A DNA stretch of 64,000 bases from Felis catus (GCF_018350175.1 NC_058368.1:124498001-124562000); one strand, 5' to 3'. Shown: positions 48,520 through 61,250, counted from the first letter of the stretch. A program made the numbers and translations. The notes: generated from the sequence alone by a model not told the origin.

Positions 48520-51500
48520 AAAGACCTAAATGTGAGACATGAAACCATAAAAATCCTAGAGGAGAAAACGGGCAATACAGGCAGTAACTTCTCTGACATG
48601 GGTGATAGCAACTTTTTTCTAGATAGGGTCCTAAGGCAAGAAAAACAAAATTAAAAATAAACTATTGGGACTACATCAAAATAAAAAGCCTCTGCACAGC
48701 AAAGTAAACAATCAATAAAACTAAAAGGCAATATATGGAATGGGAGAAGATATTTGCAAAGCACATATCCAATAAAAGGTTAGTATCCAAAAGAGATAAA
48801 TATACAAAGAACTGATACAACTCAACACCTAAAAAACAAATAATGCAGATGGCCAACAGACATAATAAAAAGATACTCAACATCACTCATTGTCAGGGGA
48901 ATTCAAATCAAAACTACAATGAAATATCACCTCATACTTGTCAGAATGGCCAAAGTCAAGAACACAAGAAATAACAGGTGTTGGTGAGGATGTGGAGAAA
49001 AAGAAACCCTCATGCACTGTTGGCGGGAATACAAACTGGTGCAGCTAATGTGGAAAATAGTATAGAGATTCCTTAAAAAGTTAAAAACAGAACTACCCAA
49101 TGATCCAGCAATTTCACTAATGGGTATTTACCCAAGGAATACAAAATCACTATTTCATGCACTCTGATGTTTATAACAACATTATCTACAATAGCTAAGA
49201 CAAAAAAGCAGCCCAAGTGTCCATCTATAGATGAATGGATAAAGAAGATGTGATATATATACATAATGGATTCTTATTCAGCCACAAAAAAAAAAAAAAT
49301 GAAATCTTGCCATTTGCAACAACGTGGATGGAGTTAGAACAATGCTAAGTGAAATAAGGCAGTCAGAGAAAGACAAATACCATATGATTTCACTCACATG
49401 TGGAATTTAAGAAACAAAACGGATGAGCAAAGGGAATAAAAGAGAGAGAGAGACAAATCAAGAAACAGACTCTTAACTATAGAGAACAAACTGATCGTTA
49501 CCAGAGGGGAGGTGGGTTGTGGAATGGGTAAAATAAATGATGGATATTAAGGAATGTACTTCTCATATTTAGCACAGGGTGACATGTGGAATTGTTGAAT
49601 CACTATATTGTACGTCTGAAACTAATATAATTCTCTGTTAACCAACTGGAATTAAAATAGAAAAATATATACATTCATACATGGATCTTCCTATTCCACT
49701 TTGCCTAGAATCTTTGCTTTGTCTTCATCTTTACTGCCTCTTGGCTACAAAATGGCTGTTGCTCTCCCGACATCATGTCCATGTCCAAGGAAGAATGAAG
49801 AGGGGACAGGAAGAATGGTGCTACATACATGGGTCCCTTTTTAGCAAGAAAACAAAACTTTTTTCAAAAGTCCCAACCTGACTTCAGCTTATATCTCAAT
49901 GGCTCAGGTTATGTCATAAGCTTCTGTCAGCAGTGAGACATGATAGGAAAGCAAAGCAATAACTAGGCATATTGCTTCCCTTAAGAAACCTTGAAAGAAG
50001 TGGAGGACTGGATATAGAATAAGTAACTAATAGAGTCTGCTGTGAAATTGCTGAAGGAATACCCCAAGCCTTAGGAACAGAGTGGAGAATGTACTGCCTT
50101 CTCCTTGAATCATCTCTCCATCTCATCCCTTCTTTTCCCCAGATGGCCTGGCCCCTGGTCACTGGACTAACATGAAAGGGGAAAGCAGTCTGTGGTCAGA
50201 GGTCCAGGGAGTTTATCAGAGATATTAGTGTCTGCTTCCTTGAAGCTACCAAAAAGCCAGAATATCACAGTGCTGAAATTGTTATGTCTCTCAGGCTCAT
50301 AAGCATGCTTGGCCTTGTTCAGGCATATAGCTCCTTCAGAACCTCTTAACTTGGTCACAATGATCAGCACTACCCAGCCTCTGGATCTCCAGACTGTACA
50401 CTGATGAAAAAACTCTGGCAACAGTTCAAGTGTCTAAGATGGGTCTAGTCACATAGAAATATTCATGCAACATCCTCCAGGCTGGCTGTGTGGTTTCCCT
50501 GGAAACAAGAGCCTTCCCCTGACCACTGCACCTGTGCTGCTCCACATCCTCCAGGAGGTGACTGAAGCTCCCTTAAACTAGAAGAGAACCATGTGACGCT
50601 ATATGGGCCATGGTTCTCATGATATGTATGGCGAAAGGAATTCAAGGGAGAAAAGTCAAGTCAATAGAAGGTGCCAAGACCTTGAATATTAAGGCCTGAA
50701 GCAAGACATAATGATGAAATTCCTTTCAGTTATTTCAGTTATTCCATCACAATACTTGTCACTTTGTTCTTTACTGGGTTAGGGGCTCCATGAAGACAGT
50801 GAACGTGCCTATTATTTTTTTGTACTTCCAGCACTGGTGAATACATGGTGGGTGTTCAACAAACGGGCAGTGAATGAATGAATCAAAGATTATCTGAAAA
50901 CAGAATGTGTCTGGAGTACGGGAGTGAGGGGCTCAAGGGAATCCCATGTACCCATGCACAGCACTCCTCCACAGCCTCTGCATTAAAGTAAAAAGATTTT
51001 ACTTTTATTGACCTAATTCCATTAACATCAAGATTTTTTGCCCATGGTTGCCTTTGAAAAGAAAGGGAAAAAATGTCAGTTTGTCCAGGGCATTTGAAAA
51101 GTTATCAAATAGTTTAATATCAAGGTAGGTTACTCACAGCTCAAAAATTCCATTATTCTGTGATTCCTCCTTTGCTTTTTCATGTAAGAATATTCTCCAT
51201 TCAGGGGAGTAACCTTGATACAAGTAAGTCTATTAGTATAATCCCCAAATATCTCTAATTAAACATGACTTCCTTTAAAAAATAATTATAATATCTTCAG
51301 TAGCTAATCTTCCTCTCATTTAATTAAAGTATCTGTCATTTTCTCAGGTGTGACATCTGAGCACAGAGAATCCCAAACCTTGTTAAAAGAGGGAAGACAT
51401 TTTCCTGTATCATGTCTCAGAGTATTTCCAGGGCTCATAATGGTAGAAAGAAGATCCTCTCCTATCTCCTATGTCAGCCAGTGGCATTCTGTCCAGACTG

Positions 51501-51602
51501 TTCCCACATATGCCCACTAAAATGAACTGTATTTAAAGAGAATAGGTTCTTAAGCTGAACACTTAATCTGGTTTGTAACATGACTTTACTGGGCCCAAAA
51601 TT

Positions 51603-51614
51603 AAGAGAGAGAGA

Positions 51615-51667
<53 letters not shown>
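51603..51667. repeat. (GA)n(GAAA)n microsatellite
   Basis: Directly visible. Confidence 0.93.
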
Positions 51668-51668
<1 letters not shown>

Positions 51669-52685
51669 TATAATTATAATCCTTCACAATCATACATCCT
51701 TAGCCTTGTAAAGTTTTTCAATGTGGTAGAAGAGAATTGACTTTCAATTGCTGCCATGTTAGACAGCCATGTTGCCACTGTCTCTGCTATTACTTCTTTC
51801 TGCTGGAAGAGGTGCAAGAAAGAAAAGGTGCATATGAAGTCACTGGCTACATAGGACTGTCCCATGTGATGCGATGCCATGATCTGGCCATCTCTTACAG
51901 TACAGCTTTTCACTCCAGGATAGCCCATTGTGCAGACTGTTTTGGATGCAGCTTGGCATGAGCACAGAAAGTCCATACAGCCACCCACAACTTGATCTAC
52001 TAGTTGTGAACGGAAACTTTTGAACACGTTCCACCGGCTGCACAATGGTACCATTTATGACTTTATTCTCAGGGGAAAACATTTGCTGTGCGAATAATAC
52101 CAGGGACTTATGTAAGCCTCTTCATTTTCAGGGAGCTTTATGGGTGTCAGCAAATTCACACAACACCGTGGTAAGGTAGCAAGGCATTGTTATACCTTCT
52201 TTACAGAGAGAGAAACCAGATCACAGCATCAGATTTTCCCAAGGCCAAATGGACAATAAGGGGCATGGACTCATTCCCAAAGAGAACCATCCTCTTCTGC
52301 TAGAGAACACCAACAATTTTCCACTTACAGAAAGACTCCACAGGGTTCTATCCTGGATCTAACACTTGAGGATAACTACTCTGACTTTTGACACTTCTAA
52401 TGTTGCATGATTCTTTGGTTTTGTCCAGATGGGTAAAAAGGTAAAGACAAAAAGGGGTACCCATATAAGATACTGTGAAGGCTTGCCATCTCTCATATGC
52501 CTCGTCACTGAGGAATTGTCAAACCTATAATCACAGGATAACAGAGGGAAACGCTGAGTATCCATAAAGTTCTATGAGGGAAAAAATAACTTTCACTACA
52601 ATATAGGACATTTTTGTTGATTTCAATTGCTATTTATGAGATTGAGAGTCTTCCCTATAAGCTCTGAGAACATGTTAAATACCTC

Positions 52686-53189
52686 TAGAGTGGGTTGAAT
52701 TGTGGCTTTCAAAAAAAAAAAAAAAAGTCCAAGTCCTAACCCTCATAGCCACAGCTGTGACCTTTTTGGCAAATAAATGGGTCTTTGCAGATGTAATTAA
52801 GTTAAGGATCTCAAGATGAGATCATCCCGGATTTGGGGTAGGCCTAAATCCAGTGACAGGTGTCCTCATAAGATAAAGGCAGAGAGAGATCTGAGACACA
52901 GACAAACAGAGGGGAAGGCCATGTGAAGACAGAGGCAGAAACTGGAGTTACTCAGCTAAAAGCCAAGGGAATTCAGAGTTGCCAGCAGCCACCAGAAGCT
53001 AGGAGAAAGGCATGGAATGGATTCTCCTTTAGAAACTGCTTAGAAGAACCTTCCCTGAGACTTCCCGTAGAAGAATCAGTGCTGCCTTGATTTTAGGTGT
53101 CTGGCCTACAAAACTGTAAGAATAAATTTCTGTTTTTAAGCCTCCTAGTTTGTGGTAATTTGTAACAGCAACCCTAGGACATGAATACA
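52686..53189 (+). mobile_element. MLT1C-like MaLR solo LTR
   Basis: 'gggttgaattgtggc..gtcctaaccc..gggtctttgcagatgtaattaagttaaggatctcaagatgagatcatcc..ccagaagctaggaga..aataaatttctg..gtttgtggtaatttg..aataca'. Confidence 0.88.
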
Positions 53190-53269
53190 TCCTCTTCAGC
53201 TTCTCCCCATCCTCAGAATCACATGAGTTTTAATTCAAAGCTAAATACATACAATGACAAATCTTTTCA

Positions 53270-53271
<2 letters not shown>

Positions 53272-53305
<34 letters not shown>
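53272..53305. repeat. (TG)n microsatellite
   Basis: Directly visible. Confidence 0.95.
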
Positions 53306-53308
<3 letters not shown>

Positions 53309-53902
53309 GAAGACACAAATTCTAAAATCATTGAAAATTACTCTCCTAGATCACCAATATTAGTGAATGAAAAATTGGATTATCCTGACCTATTCCACTG
53401 TTAAGGTCAAAGGGACATCATGAAGAGAAGAAAAATCAAGAAGCAGTGGAATGAATTCTAGTCACAAAGCAAGAGTTTTCATACATTATCTTCTCCAGGC
53501 CACTGCCTCAAGAAAGAACAAAGTGAAGCACAGTGTAGCCTTTAAAAATAATGTTATAATTATTACTAATTTAATAAAAATTTATTACATAAATTCAACC
53601 ATTACAGAAACTCATAATGTAGAAAATGACAACCTCCAATATAGAACACCTTCGTCTAATTTTTTTTTTTCTCTCTAAATACATGGACACTCTGTCTCCT
53701 TCCCCCAGCCTTGTAAGAATGGAATGGAGAGAGGGTCTGCAGGACAGCCTGGTGTCTACTAGTTTTTTGGCCTAATTTAGTTGAATGAAAGGAATGTTTG
53801 CTGAGTGGTTCCAAATGTAAGCCCTATTTCTTGAAAGCCTTGGGTCAGACAAAAAACTGACCAAATACATCTCATGTGAGATTACATTTTTTTATTGTAA
53901 CA

Positions 53903-54863
53903 CAGGTTGATATACTTTTTCAGCGTCAGATTAGTAAATATCTCAGGTTTTTTGGGCCATGTGGTCTCTGTTGCAGCTAAACTCTGCTAATATAGTGCAA
54001 ACGCAGTCAGAAATGATATGCACATGAATAAGCATAGTTCTTTTATTATCATTTTATCACTGCATAGCAAATGACCACAAATTTAGTGTCTTAAAACAAC
54101 ACTTATTTACTAATTCTAGTTCTATAGGTCAGAAGTCTAATTGGCCTAGAATTCTCTACTTAGGGTCTGACAAGCCTGAAAAGAAGGTGTTGGCCAGAAG
54201 AGCTCTCATCTGCAGGCTCTGGGTAAGAATTTGCTTCCAAACTTACTCAGGGTTTGGAAGAATCCAGCTCTTTGGGGTTGTAGGATCAATACACCAGCCT
54301 CCTTGCTGCATGTCAGTGAGAGCCATTCTCAGTTCTTAGAGGTCTCTCTCAGGTCTCTCATAGGCCATTCATAATATAAATGTTTGTTCTCTTCCAACCC
54401 AGGGGAAGGGCATCTCTCTAACTTCCTCTTCTCCTCCCAGCCAGGGAGAACCCTTTACTTTTAAAGGGCTCATATGATTACCTTAGACCCACCTGAGTAA
54501 CTTTCCCATTGACTAGCCAAAGTCAATTGATTAGTAACCTTAATTACACCTGCAATAATCCCTTCTACCGTATAATGTAACATAATCACAGCAGTGAAAT
54601 CTCATTATATTCACAGGTTTTGCCCACAATCAAGGGGAGGAGGTTGTACAAGAGGGAGTTGTCACTGGGGGTCATTTTAGATTCCGCCTACCATAGCTTT
54701 GCTCTACTATAGCTTTATTTATAGACAATAAAGTCTGGATTGAGTAAAAGGTTCACATTTAACAAATATTATACTTTATTTTTCAACCTCATGAAATGTA
54801 AAAACTATTCTAAACAAGCAGAGGGCTTGATGTGGGGCAGGAGCTGTGGTTTGCTGACTCCTG
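53903..54863. mobile_element. MER58-like hAT element split by an MLT1 LTR
   Basis: Left part 'tagtaaatatctcaggttttttgggccatgtggtctctgttgcagct' (about 53903-54040); right part ends 'gtggtttgctgactcctg' (about 54696-54863). Confidence 0.65.
54042..54695 (-). mobile_element. MLT1(D/E-like) MaLR solo LTR
   Basis: 'ccacaaatttagtgtcttaaaacaac..tctataggtcagaagtc..tgcttccaaacttactcag..ttttaaagggctcatatgatta..ccttaattacacctgcaa..gccttacc'-type antisense MLT1 motifs. Confidence 0.8.
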
Positions 54864-57243
54864 AGTTAGAGGATCAAATAAACAAATGTTATAGGAACAC
54901 CAAAAGAGTAATTTTCATTGTACCCACAAAGTGCCTTCATCACAGTAAGTATTCCAAGAGAGCATGAATGAACAAATACTGGGTTCCCAGTGGAGATAAC
55001 ATGCACCCCAAAAGTCCTGGTACAGAGTCCACTGCTGGGAATAGAGTAAAAACAGTTCTGCTTTGGAACAGGAGTCCAGGCATGACTTAGGGGAGGTCCA
55101 GGTGGCCCAGAGCTCAGGCTGGAGCACCTGTGACATTTCCCCTGGGCTCCAAAGTAAAAGCACTATAATTATAAGGGTCATATAATAGTTAAAGTCTACC
55201 CAGCACATTTTACCTGATCGCTGGACTGAAAAGCCAAGCAAAACTCAACGGTCTTTCTTTGAGATACTGGGTTTGGTATATGGGTTTAGGTCTCCTTAAT
55301 GACTGGTTGGCTCATCTGGCTTTGCAACAGTACCACATTCCAACTGAATGTATTTCTTGGTAAATGAATGAGGTAGGAATGGCTTGGACCATACTGAGAG
55401 TAAAATGCATGGTAAACTCAGGGCTATGGGGAAACTTAGCACTAATTGGTGTAATCTCTTTACTAGTATAAAGGATCCATCCCCAGCATTTTCTAGGTGG
55501 AGATATTCTCTGAGATAATAGGAAAAATCACAGAATTGGCTGAAGCCCTATCAGAGGTACAGTATTCGCTCTGGAAAATCTGGGAGAGTGTTGTAGTCTG
55601 TAAACTACCCAGAAGCCCAGATTTATAGAATACCAGGATTATAGGGGACCTGAAGGACCACCTGTTTCAACTCTCACATGCAGGAAGAAATCAAGTCTCG
55701 AGATATTAAATTACTTTCCAAATGTCCCAAGCTAGGTTAGTAAGAGTTTAGGAAGATCCTATTTATTGTGATTCCCAATAAAATACTATTTGTGATCCAG
55801 CTTCTCTTCTTCATTTGTCCCAGACTCTCTCAAAATTCTGGTTAGCATTGTGGCCAGAATTGTGCCAGAGATTATTGTTTCTTCCTGCTCCTTCCACTGT
55901 CACATCATCTCCCTGGGCTGTTGTCACTTTTTATCTTGTATTTTAGAAAATTGAAGAAGGTGCTTCCTGCCTAGATTTTCATGGGTCCTTCTTTCCTGGT
56001 TGCTCTTTTAGATAACATATCCAGGCTGCTGGTAAGGAATCAGAGTTCTGGGGACAGCCTGGTTTGGTCTGTAGGCAGTCTAGTTGAGGTCAGAGCAATC
56101 CTTGCATTAAATATCAATATTGAAGGGAAGTGGGAAGAGGTTTCTAAAATATTTATTTGCATTTCTCATTTATGGCTCAGTTTTCCTTAAAATTGAGAGG
56201 ACTAATTGCCCTGTGCCACCTTAGCAATACCCTAAATTTTTGGAGATCATGCTTTTTGTTAGACCTCCTTACCAGTGAGTCACATCTTTCATTGCCCAAC
56301 ATGTCCCCAGTGTCTTAGGATTCCCTGTGGTTTCTCCTCCATTCCATGTACTTAGCCCCATCTCTAGGCTCCTGTCATCAGCTTTCAAGACCACAATCTA
56401 GGAGCTGAAAACCCACAAGGGAACTCTCTGGACTGCAATTCTCCAAAATCCTTCTCTCTTGCAAAGCCTCAGGATGGCCCAGGTATGACCTCTAATGTCA
56501 TGCGGTGCCTATCCTTCTTTTCTACCTCTTGGTATTCCTTGGTCCTGCTTATTTTCCCTCCATAGCCTGATAGGGAGGTCATATCTTCTCATCAACACAA
56601 GGTCCTCCCAGCTCTCCACCAAAACTGTGTCCAGTTGTCCTCACCCCTCCCATCTTCACCTATGAGGACATGGAGACTTTTGTTGGATTTGGCACTGCTC
56701 ACTGGGTTTTTTCCTCCTTTCACTGTCAAAACTCACTTGTTAGACCTGCCTTGCTATGATTCTGTCTCCTGTGTCACCACTCCTATCCAACTCACTCTTT
56801 TTGTTCCCCAGAGCCTCTGCTCATGAACACTGTGGGACTAGCATGTCTGGGTAGGTTCAGAAGGCCTGCAGAATTGACACCATGAAGTCACCTACAGAGA
56901 GCTTCTCCCTACTAAGAGTTCTAAGAAGGACCTCTGTTATTTGCTTGCTCAGGTGGGGCCTCTGTTCCCACCCCCAGCCCAGGGCACCATCACTGGAGAT
57001 TAGGAAGCAGCCTCTGTTCCCCCATCCCTCCCCACATGTATCATAAATGTTTCTTGAGGAAAAATACTGCAGCCTCATGGCTGTCAGTTCTGAAGGTCCT
57101 AGGACCCCCATTTTGAGGCCCCATTGTGGATTCACTGTCCTCAATCCTCTTTCTGTTTCCATTTTTTAGGGCAATTGCATTCATGTAATGAAAGCAATGC
57201 CTGTATCATTGAAGCCATAGCTGTTTTCACACACAATACTTAC

Positions 57244-57322
57244 CTTTCTCTTCTGGACTTATAACATGTGCCCTGAATATGCTGCTTCTATCACAGCAGG
57301 GGCACTCCTGTCTCAGTTCATC
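57244..57322 (-). other. Candidate 79-nt internal exon of an unannotated minus-strand transcript
   Basis: Minus strand: acceptor tgcctgtatctctcttgtag|G and consensus donor AAG|gtaagt; no transcript evidence available. Confidence 0.35.
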
Positions 57323-57418
57323 CTACAAGAGAGATACAGGCATTTCCTGTTATTATTTTTGCCCAGAAGTGTTTTGAACCTTAAAAAAAAATACTTTTCC
57401 TCTTTTATAAAGAAAAAT

Positions 57419-57618
57419 GTGCCTGGGTGGCTCAGTCAGTTAAGCATCTGACTCATGATCTCGTGGTTCTTGAGTTCAAGCCCCACATGGGGCTCTGTGC
57501 TGACAGCCCAGAGCCTGGAGCCTGCTTTGGATTCTGTGTCTCCCTCTCTCTCTGTTCCTCCCCTACTCATGCTCTGTCTCTCTCTCTCTTAAAAATAAAG
57601 ATTAAAAAAAATTTTTTT
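57419..57618 (+). mobile_element. CanSINE with short internal deletion
   Basis: 'gcctgggtggctcagtcagttaagcatctgactcatgatctc..cagagcctggagcctgc..aataaa'. Confidence 0.92.
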
Positions 57619-58593
57619 AAATGCTATGCTCAACCACCCAACAAACTCTTGACATGACCCACCTAGCAAGATGAGACCCTGGCCCCATCAGGTGCTCCCT
57701 TAGAAGGCTCATTTGTGCAGATTCCCTACAGCTAAGAGAATTCATCAAACCTACTTTGTTTGCTTATATTACAGGAACAGTACACTTACATTGGTTCCCA
57801 AGTTGTGAAATTCTCCTATAATATTAAACACCCTTTTTTTCAAAGTACACATACATTTCCTTCTAGAAATGTTGATACATATCCAAAAGAACTTTCTTTA
57901 TCTGTTTGAAAACCAATGCTATAAAATGTTAGCGGAACAAAAGGAAGATGTGAAGGCTACACAAAGAATGACTCTGTGGGACCCAGAGAGAAAAAGAGAA
58001 GAGAACCATCATGAAACTACCTGGCCAAACAGTGTTCTCAGAAATGGGTATATGTTCTTTCCCAACATGTATACCAAACCTTTAGGTTTGAAATAGCACA
58101 TCTCTGTGTGTTATGAAGTATACTACTCAAATGAAAAAGTTTTCACCCCAACTCCAGAAGGGCCCTACTTTATAAATTTCTTGTTTCTCATGCAATGCAT
58201 TCAGTATGACCCTCTCCTATACGAGCTCGTCAACTTTGTCATTTGCCATTAGTAGATGCTTGAGAAGCAATGCAAAGACCTCCTGTCCACAAAGCCCAAC
58301 TGCAGGCATATGTATGAATCCAGAGCCCCTAGCTAGGGACAAGGAAGGGATATATGTGTGTATTTTGGGTGTGGGGAGTGGGAGCGGGTGGAATCCCAGA
58401 GATCACAGGTTGCAGAGCTCTCTTTGAACTTGATCATTTTTAAACTTTGCCTTTCCTTGAGAAATAATGACATCTGAGACACAACACAATCCCAGCGTAT
58501 GAACAGGCATGAGACTTCAACTGCTCCTACTAGCAGAAGTGAGAGAATACCAATATGACAACTCCACAGACATATGGTACAAGGGATCATTAC

Positions 58594-58712
58594 CCAGGCT
58601 GATCAACTCTGCATGGTCCTATCTGCCTTGGCCCCATAAAGCACCATTGTACAGTTTAACACAGCTGGACTGACTCTTCAGAAACACACTGCGTGGCTAA
58701 GGCTGTGCTGAC
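58594..58712 (-). other. Candidate 119-nt non-coding exon of a minus-strand transcript
   Basis: Minus strand: ttaat..atcttttttccttcttttctttcag|G acceptor and TGG|gtaatg donor; stops in all three frames. Confidence 0.35.
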
Positions 58713-59508
58713 CTGAAAGAAAAGAAGGAAAAAAGATAGTATTAATGTCTCCCTCTCATGTCAACAGGATTTAGTGAAAAAGAAACAGGACTTTGTCATT
58801 TTTTAATGCCCCCAAATCTTCCTATATATCCAGGATATTTTGAATTCTATTTAGTATTTGATTTGAGTTTTAATTATTTAACAGTAGATAAAGTCAAATG
58901 AGTAAATCACATGCATTAAAATCCTGAAAACCTTTCCCAACCTAAAGATAGCCAATAACTTTTAGCCTACATTTCACATGAGGAAAAACAAATGTTTCAA
59001 TGAAGTGTCCCAAATTCTTAGACAAATCAGAGATAAGAAGCTCCCGCCAGCGACTTCAGTGTTACTGGCCCAATTTAGCAGTTTGGGCCTTGGCGGAAGT
59101 CCCACTGACAGGACAGAGGACTCTTTGGGAAGACAGAGGCAATTTGAAATGCAAGTGTTATTTATAAATTATCTCCAGATGGTCCAGTTCTTACAATTCC
59201 TAAATTGCTCAGATTTTCAGAGTGGAAATTTTAATCACAGACATTTGAGGTGGATTTAGTCTACACTGGGGATGATTTTGAGAACTTAAATGACAAAAAG
59301 AAGGCAAAAGAGTCTCTCCTGGGACTGCTCAGGAGACTTGCCCTTGCTTGTGGTGTCAGTGAATCACCATTTGCATTCAGCTTTACAGTTCACAAAGCCC
59401 TTTTGCTCAGACTCTCAGAGAGGCCTTGCCCTTTGCACCTGGGAGGAACTGATGAAAATATCCTCTAGGGAGGGAACCAAACTGAATAGCTAATTTACTG
59501 TTAGAGCA

Positions 59509-59512
59509 TCTC

Positions 59513-59543
<31 letters not shown>

Positions 59544-59554
59544 GTTTCTCTCTC
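59509..59554. repeat. (TC)n microsatellite, interrupted
   Basis: Directly visible. Confidence 0.9.
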
Positions 59555-60274
59555 ACCCTAGCACAGGTTAGGTATTACAGTTCCAATTCTCCTGTTTCTG
59601 GTAAGCACTTCTCCATATCAGGAGCTATGTCTGATCTACACTTTGCCATCTCCCCTGCTCCATCCCTACACCTTCCTCCCTCTCCTTCCTTCTTTCACTA
59701 CTCCTTTTCTTTCTCCCTTCTGCTCTCTCTTTCTTTCTTCCTTCTATCCTTCCATCCTTCCATTGTTCTTTCCACTATTTCTTCCATTTATCCAACAATT
59801 GTTTATTAAGCCCTTACTATGTGCCAGGCACGGGGTTGGGTGCTGAGTAGAGGGCAAAATACCCTTTTGTCAGATGCTAGTGGACAAAAAAAAAAAAAGG
59901 ACCTGAGTCCTCCCTCACCAAAGAGCTTTATAGAATCACATAAATTCCAGTGCATCAGAGTCTATGTATCCAAAAGAATAAAATCTTAACATCTCTACTT
60001 CTACCAAAGATTAATTTGAGACTCTGAGGAAAGATGATCTACCCAAGATTATAAAATTACAATTGAAATTGCAGGGGAGGGTCGGGACATCTCTCTTAGG
60101 CCTCCAGATACACAGGCTATGATTCTTCTGTGTATGTTTTTGGTTTAGCTCAGGAAGAAAGAAGAAACAGAGAGAGGTCATGTGCTACCAGGCCTATTCA
60201 GCGGACCACAGCTGAAGGAATGGCTTTGAATCATAGACAATGGCAGACTCAGAGCAGGCATTTGATGACTTTAG

Positions 60275-60443
60275 GGTCTCCTGGGTGGCTCAGTCAGTTA
60301 AGCATCCAACTCTTGATCTGGGCTCAGGTCATGATCTGACCTGAGTTCGTGGGATCAAGCCCTATATCAGGCTCTGCATGGAGAAGTTGGAGGCTGCTTG
60401 GGGATTCTCTCTCGACTTCTCTCTCTGCCCCTCCATCACTCAT

Positions 60444-60490
<47 letters not shown>

Positions 60491-60503
60491 AAAAAAAAAA
60501 AAA
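60275..60503 (+). mobile_element. CanSINE
   Basis: 22-bp TSD agcagg(c/a)atttgatgactttag at 60253-60274 and 60504-60525. Confidence 0.95.
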
Positions 60504-60651
60504 AGCAGGAATTTGATGACTTTAGAATAAGTGATCCAGAGGATCATTAAGAAGGAATGTTCATTATTGCCCAGGTTCATTGACTTGTATGGATAAAATA
60601 CATACAAACAGGAGAAAAACAGTTTACCTAATGAAAAAAAAATGACTTAGA

Positions 60652-60775
60652 GGGGTGCCTGGGTGGCTCTGTTGGTTGGGTGTCCAACTCTTGGTTTTTG
60701 TTCAGGTCATGATCTCATGGTTTGTGGGTTCAAGCCCTGCCTTGGGTTCTCCACTGGGCATGGAGCCTGCTTAAG

Positions 60776-60821
<46 letters not shown>

Positions 60822-60878
60822 TTCCTCTCTCTCTCTCTATGTCCCTCCACCCCTCAAAAAAAAAAAAGAAAAGAAAAG
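60652..60878 (+). mobile_element. CanSINE with expanded (CT)n
   Basis: Head ggggtgcctgggtggctc, (CT)n, A-rich tail; TSD aaaaaatgact. Confidence 0.93.
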
Positions 60879-61074
60879 AAAAAATGACTGATTCAGCAAG
60901 AAAATCATAAGACTATAGGTATGTTATTCATTTGGAAGGCCATACATGCTTGTATAATTGATTTACAAACTAATTCTCTAGGAAGAATAATACGGTGCTT
61001 AATTCTGTCAATGATGATCACCACAGATATAAGAATGCAATAATGAAGAACGTAGGACAAAGAGAGCTACCCTT

Positions 61075-61250
61075 TGGGCTTTCAAACTCCAGCCCATATC
61101 AAAATTACCTAGAAGGCTTGTTACAACATGCATCAATAAATAGGCTCATCCCCAGAGTTTCTGATTCAGTAAATATGGGGTGGGGCCTGAGAATTTGCAT
61201 TTCTAGTAAGTTCCCAAGTGAAACTGATGCTGCCCTTCCAGCTGGAGAAA
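61075..61250. mobile_element. MER5A-like hAT-Charlie element
   Basis: 'ccccagagtttctgattcagta..ggggtggggcctgagaatttgcatttctagtaagttcccaagtga..ctgatgctgc' matches the recalled MER5A consensus. Confidence 0.85.

Larger units (their letters stand above)
46356..49665 (+). mobile_element. 5'-truncated carnivore L1 (RT and C-terminal ORF2, 3'UTR) with two SINE insertions
   Basis: [58 protein letters not shown], 'tttgcaggtgatatgata' (degenerate FADD), and a 3'UTR ending 'aactggaattaaaatagaaaaa'. Confidence 0.95.
45805..50045 (-). mobile_element. Old MLT1(J/K-like) LTR split into about 45805-45975 and 49685-50045 by L2 and L1 sequence
   Basis: Left 'tcagttagaaatgagcatggctgtaagtga...tgccattaggggacttagctttatctttct' continues on the right as 'tcttggctacaaaatggctg..gacatcatgtcc..ctgacttcagcttatatctcaatggc'. 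Confidence 0.55.

Noticed and set aside
46338..49678. Inverted 10-mer atgaatgtat / atacattcat flanking the 46-49 kb L1
   Set aside because: L1 makes direct, not inverted, duplications; the left copy is the L2 terminal (aatg)n motif and the match is short and AT-rich.
51674..52082. Overlapping 126-, 80- and 74-aa ORFs in unique sequence
   Set aside because: No recognisable homology and no coherent pair of splice sites; lengths are compatible with chance.
52132..52176. Plus-strand mini-exon (ttcattttcag|G...GTG|gtaagg)
   Set aside because: The donor lies in an antisense MIR-like relic; no other support.
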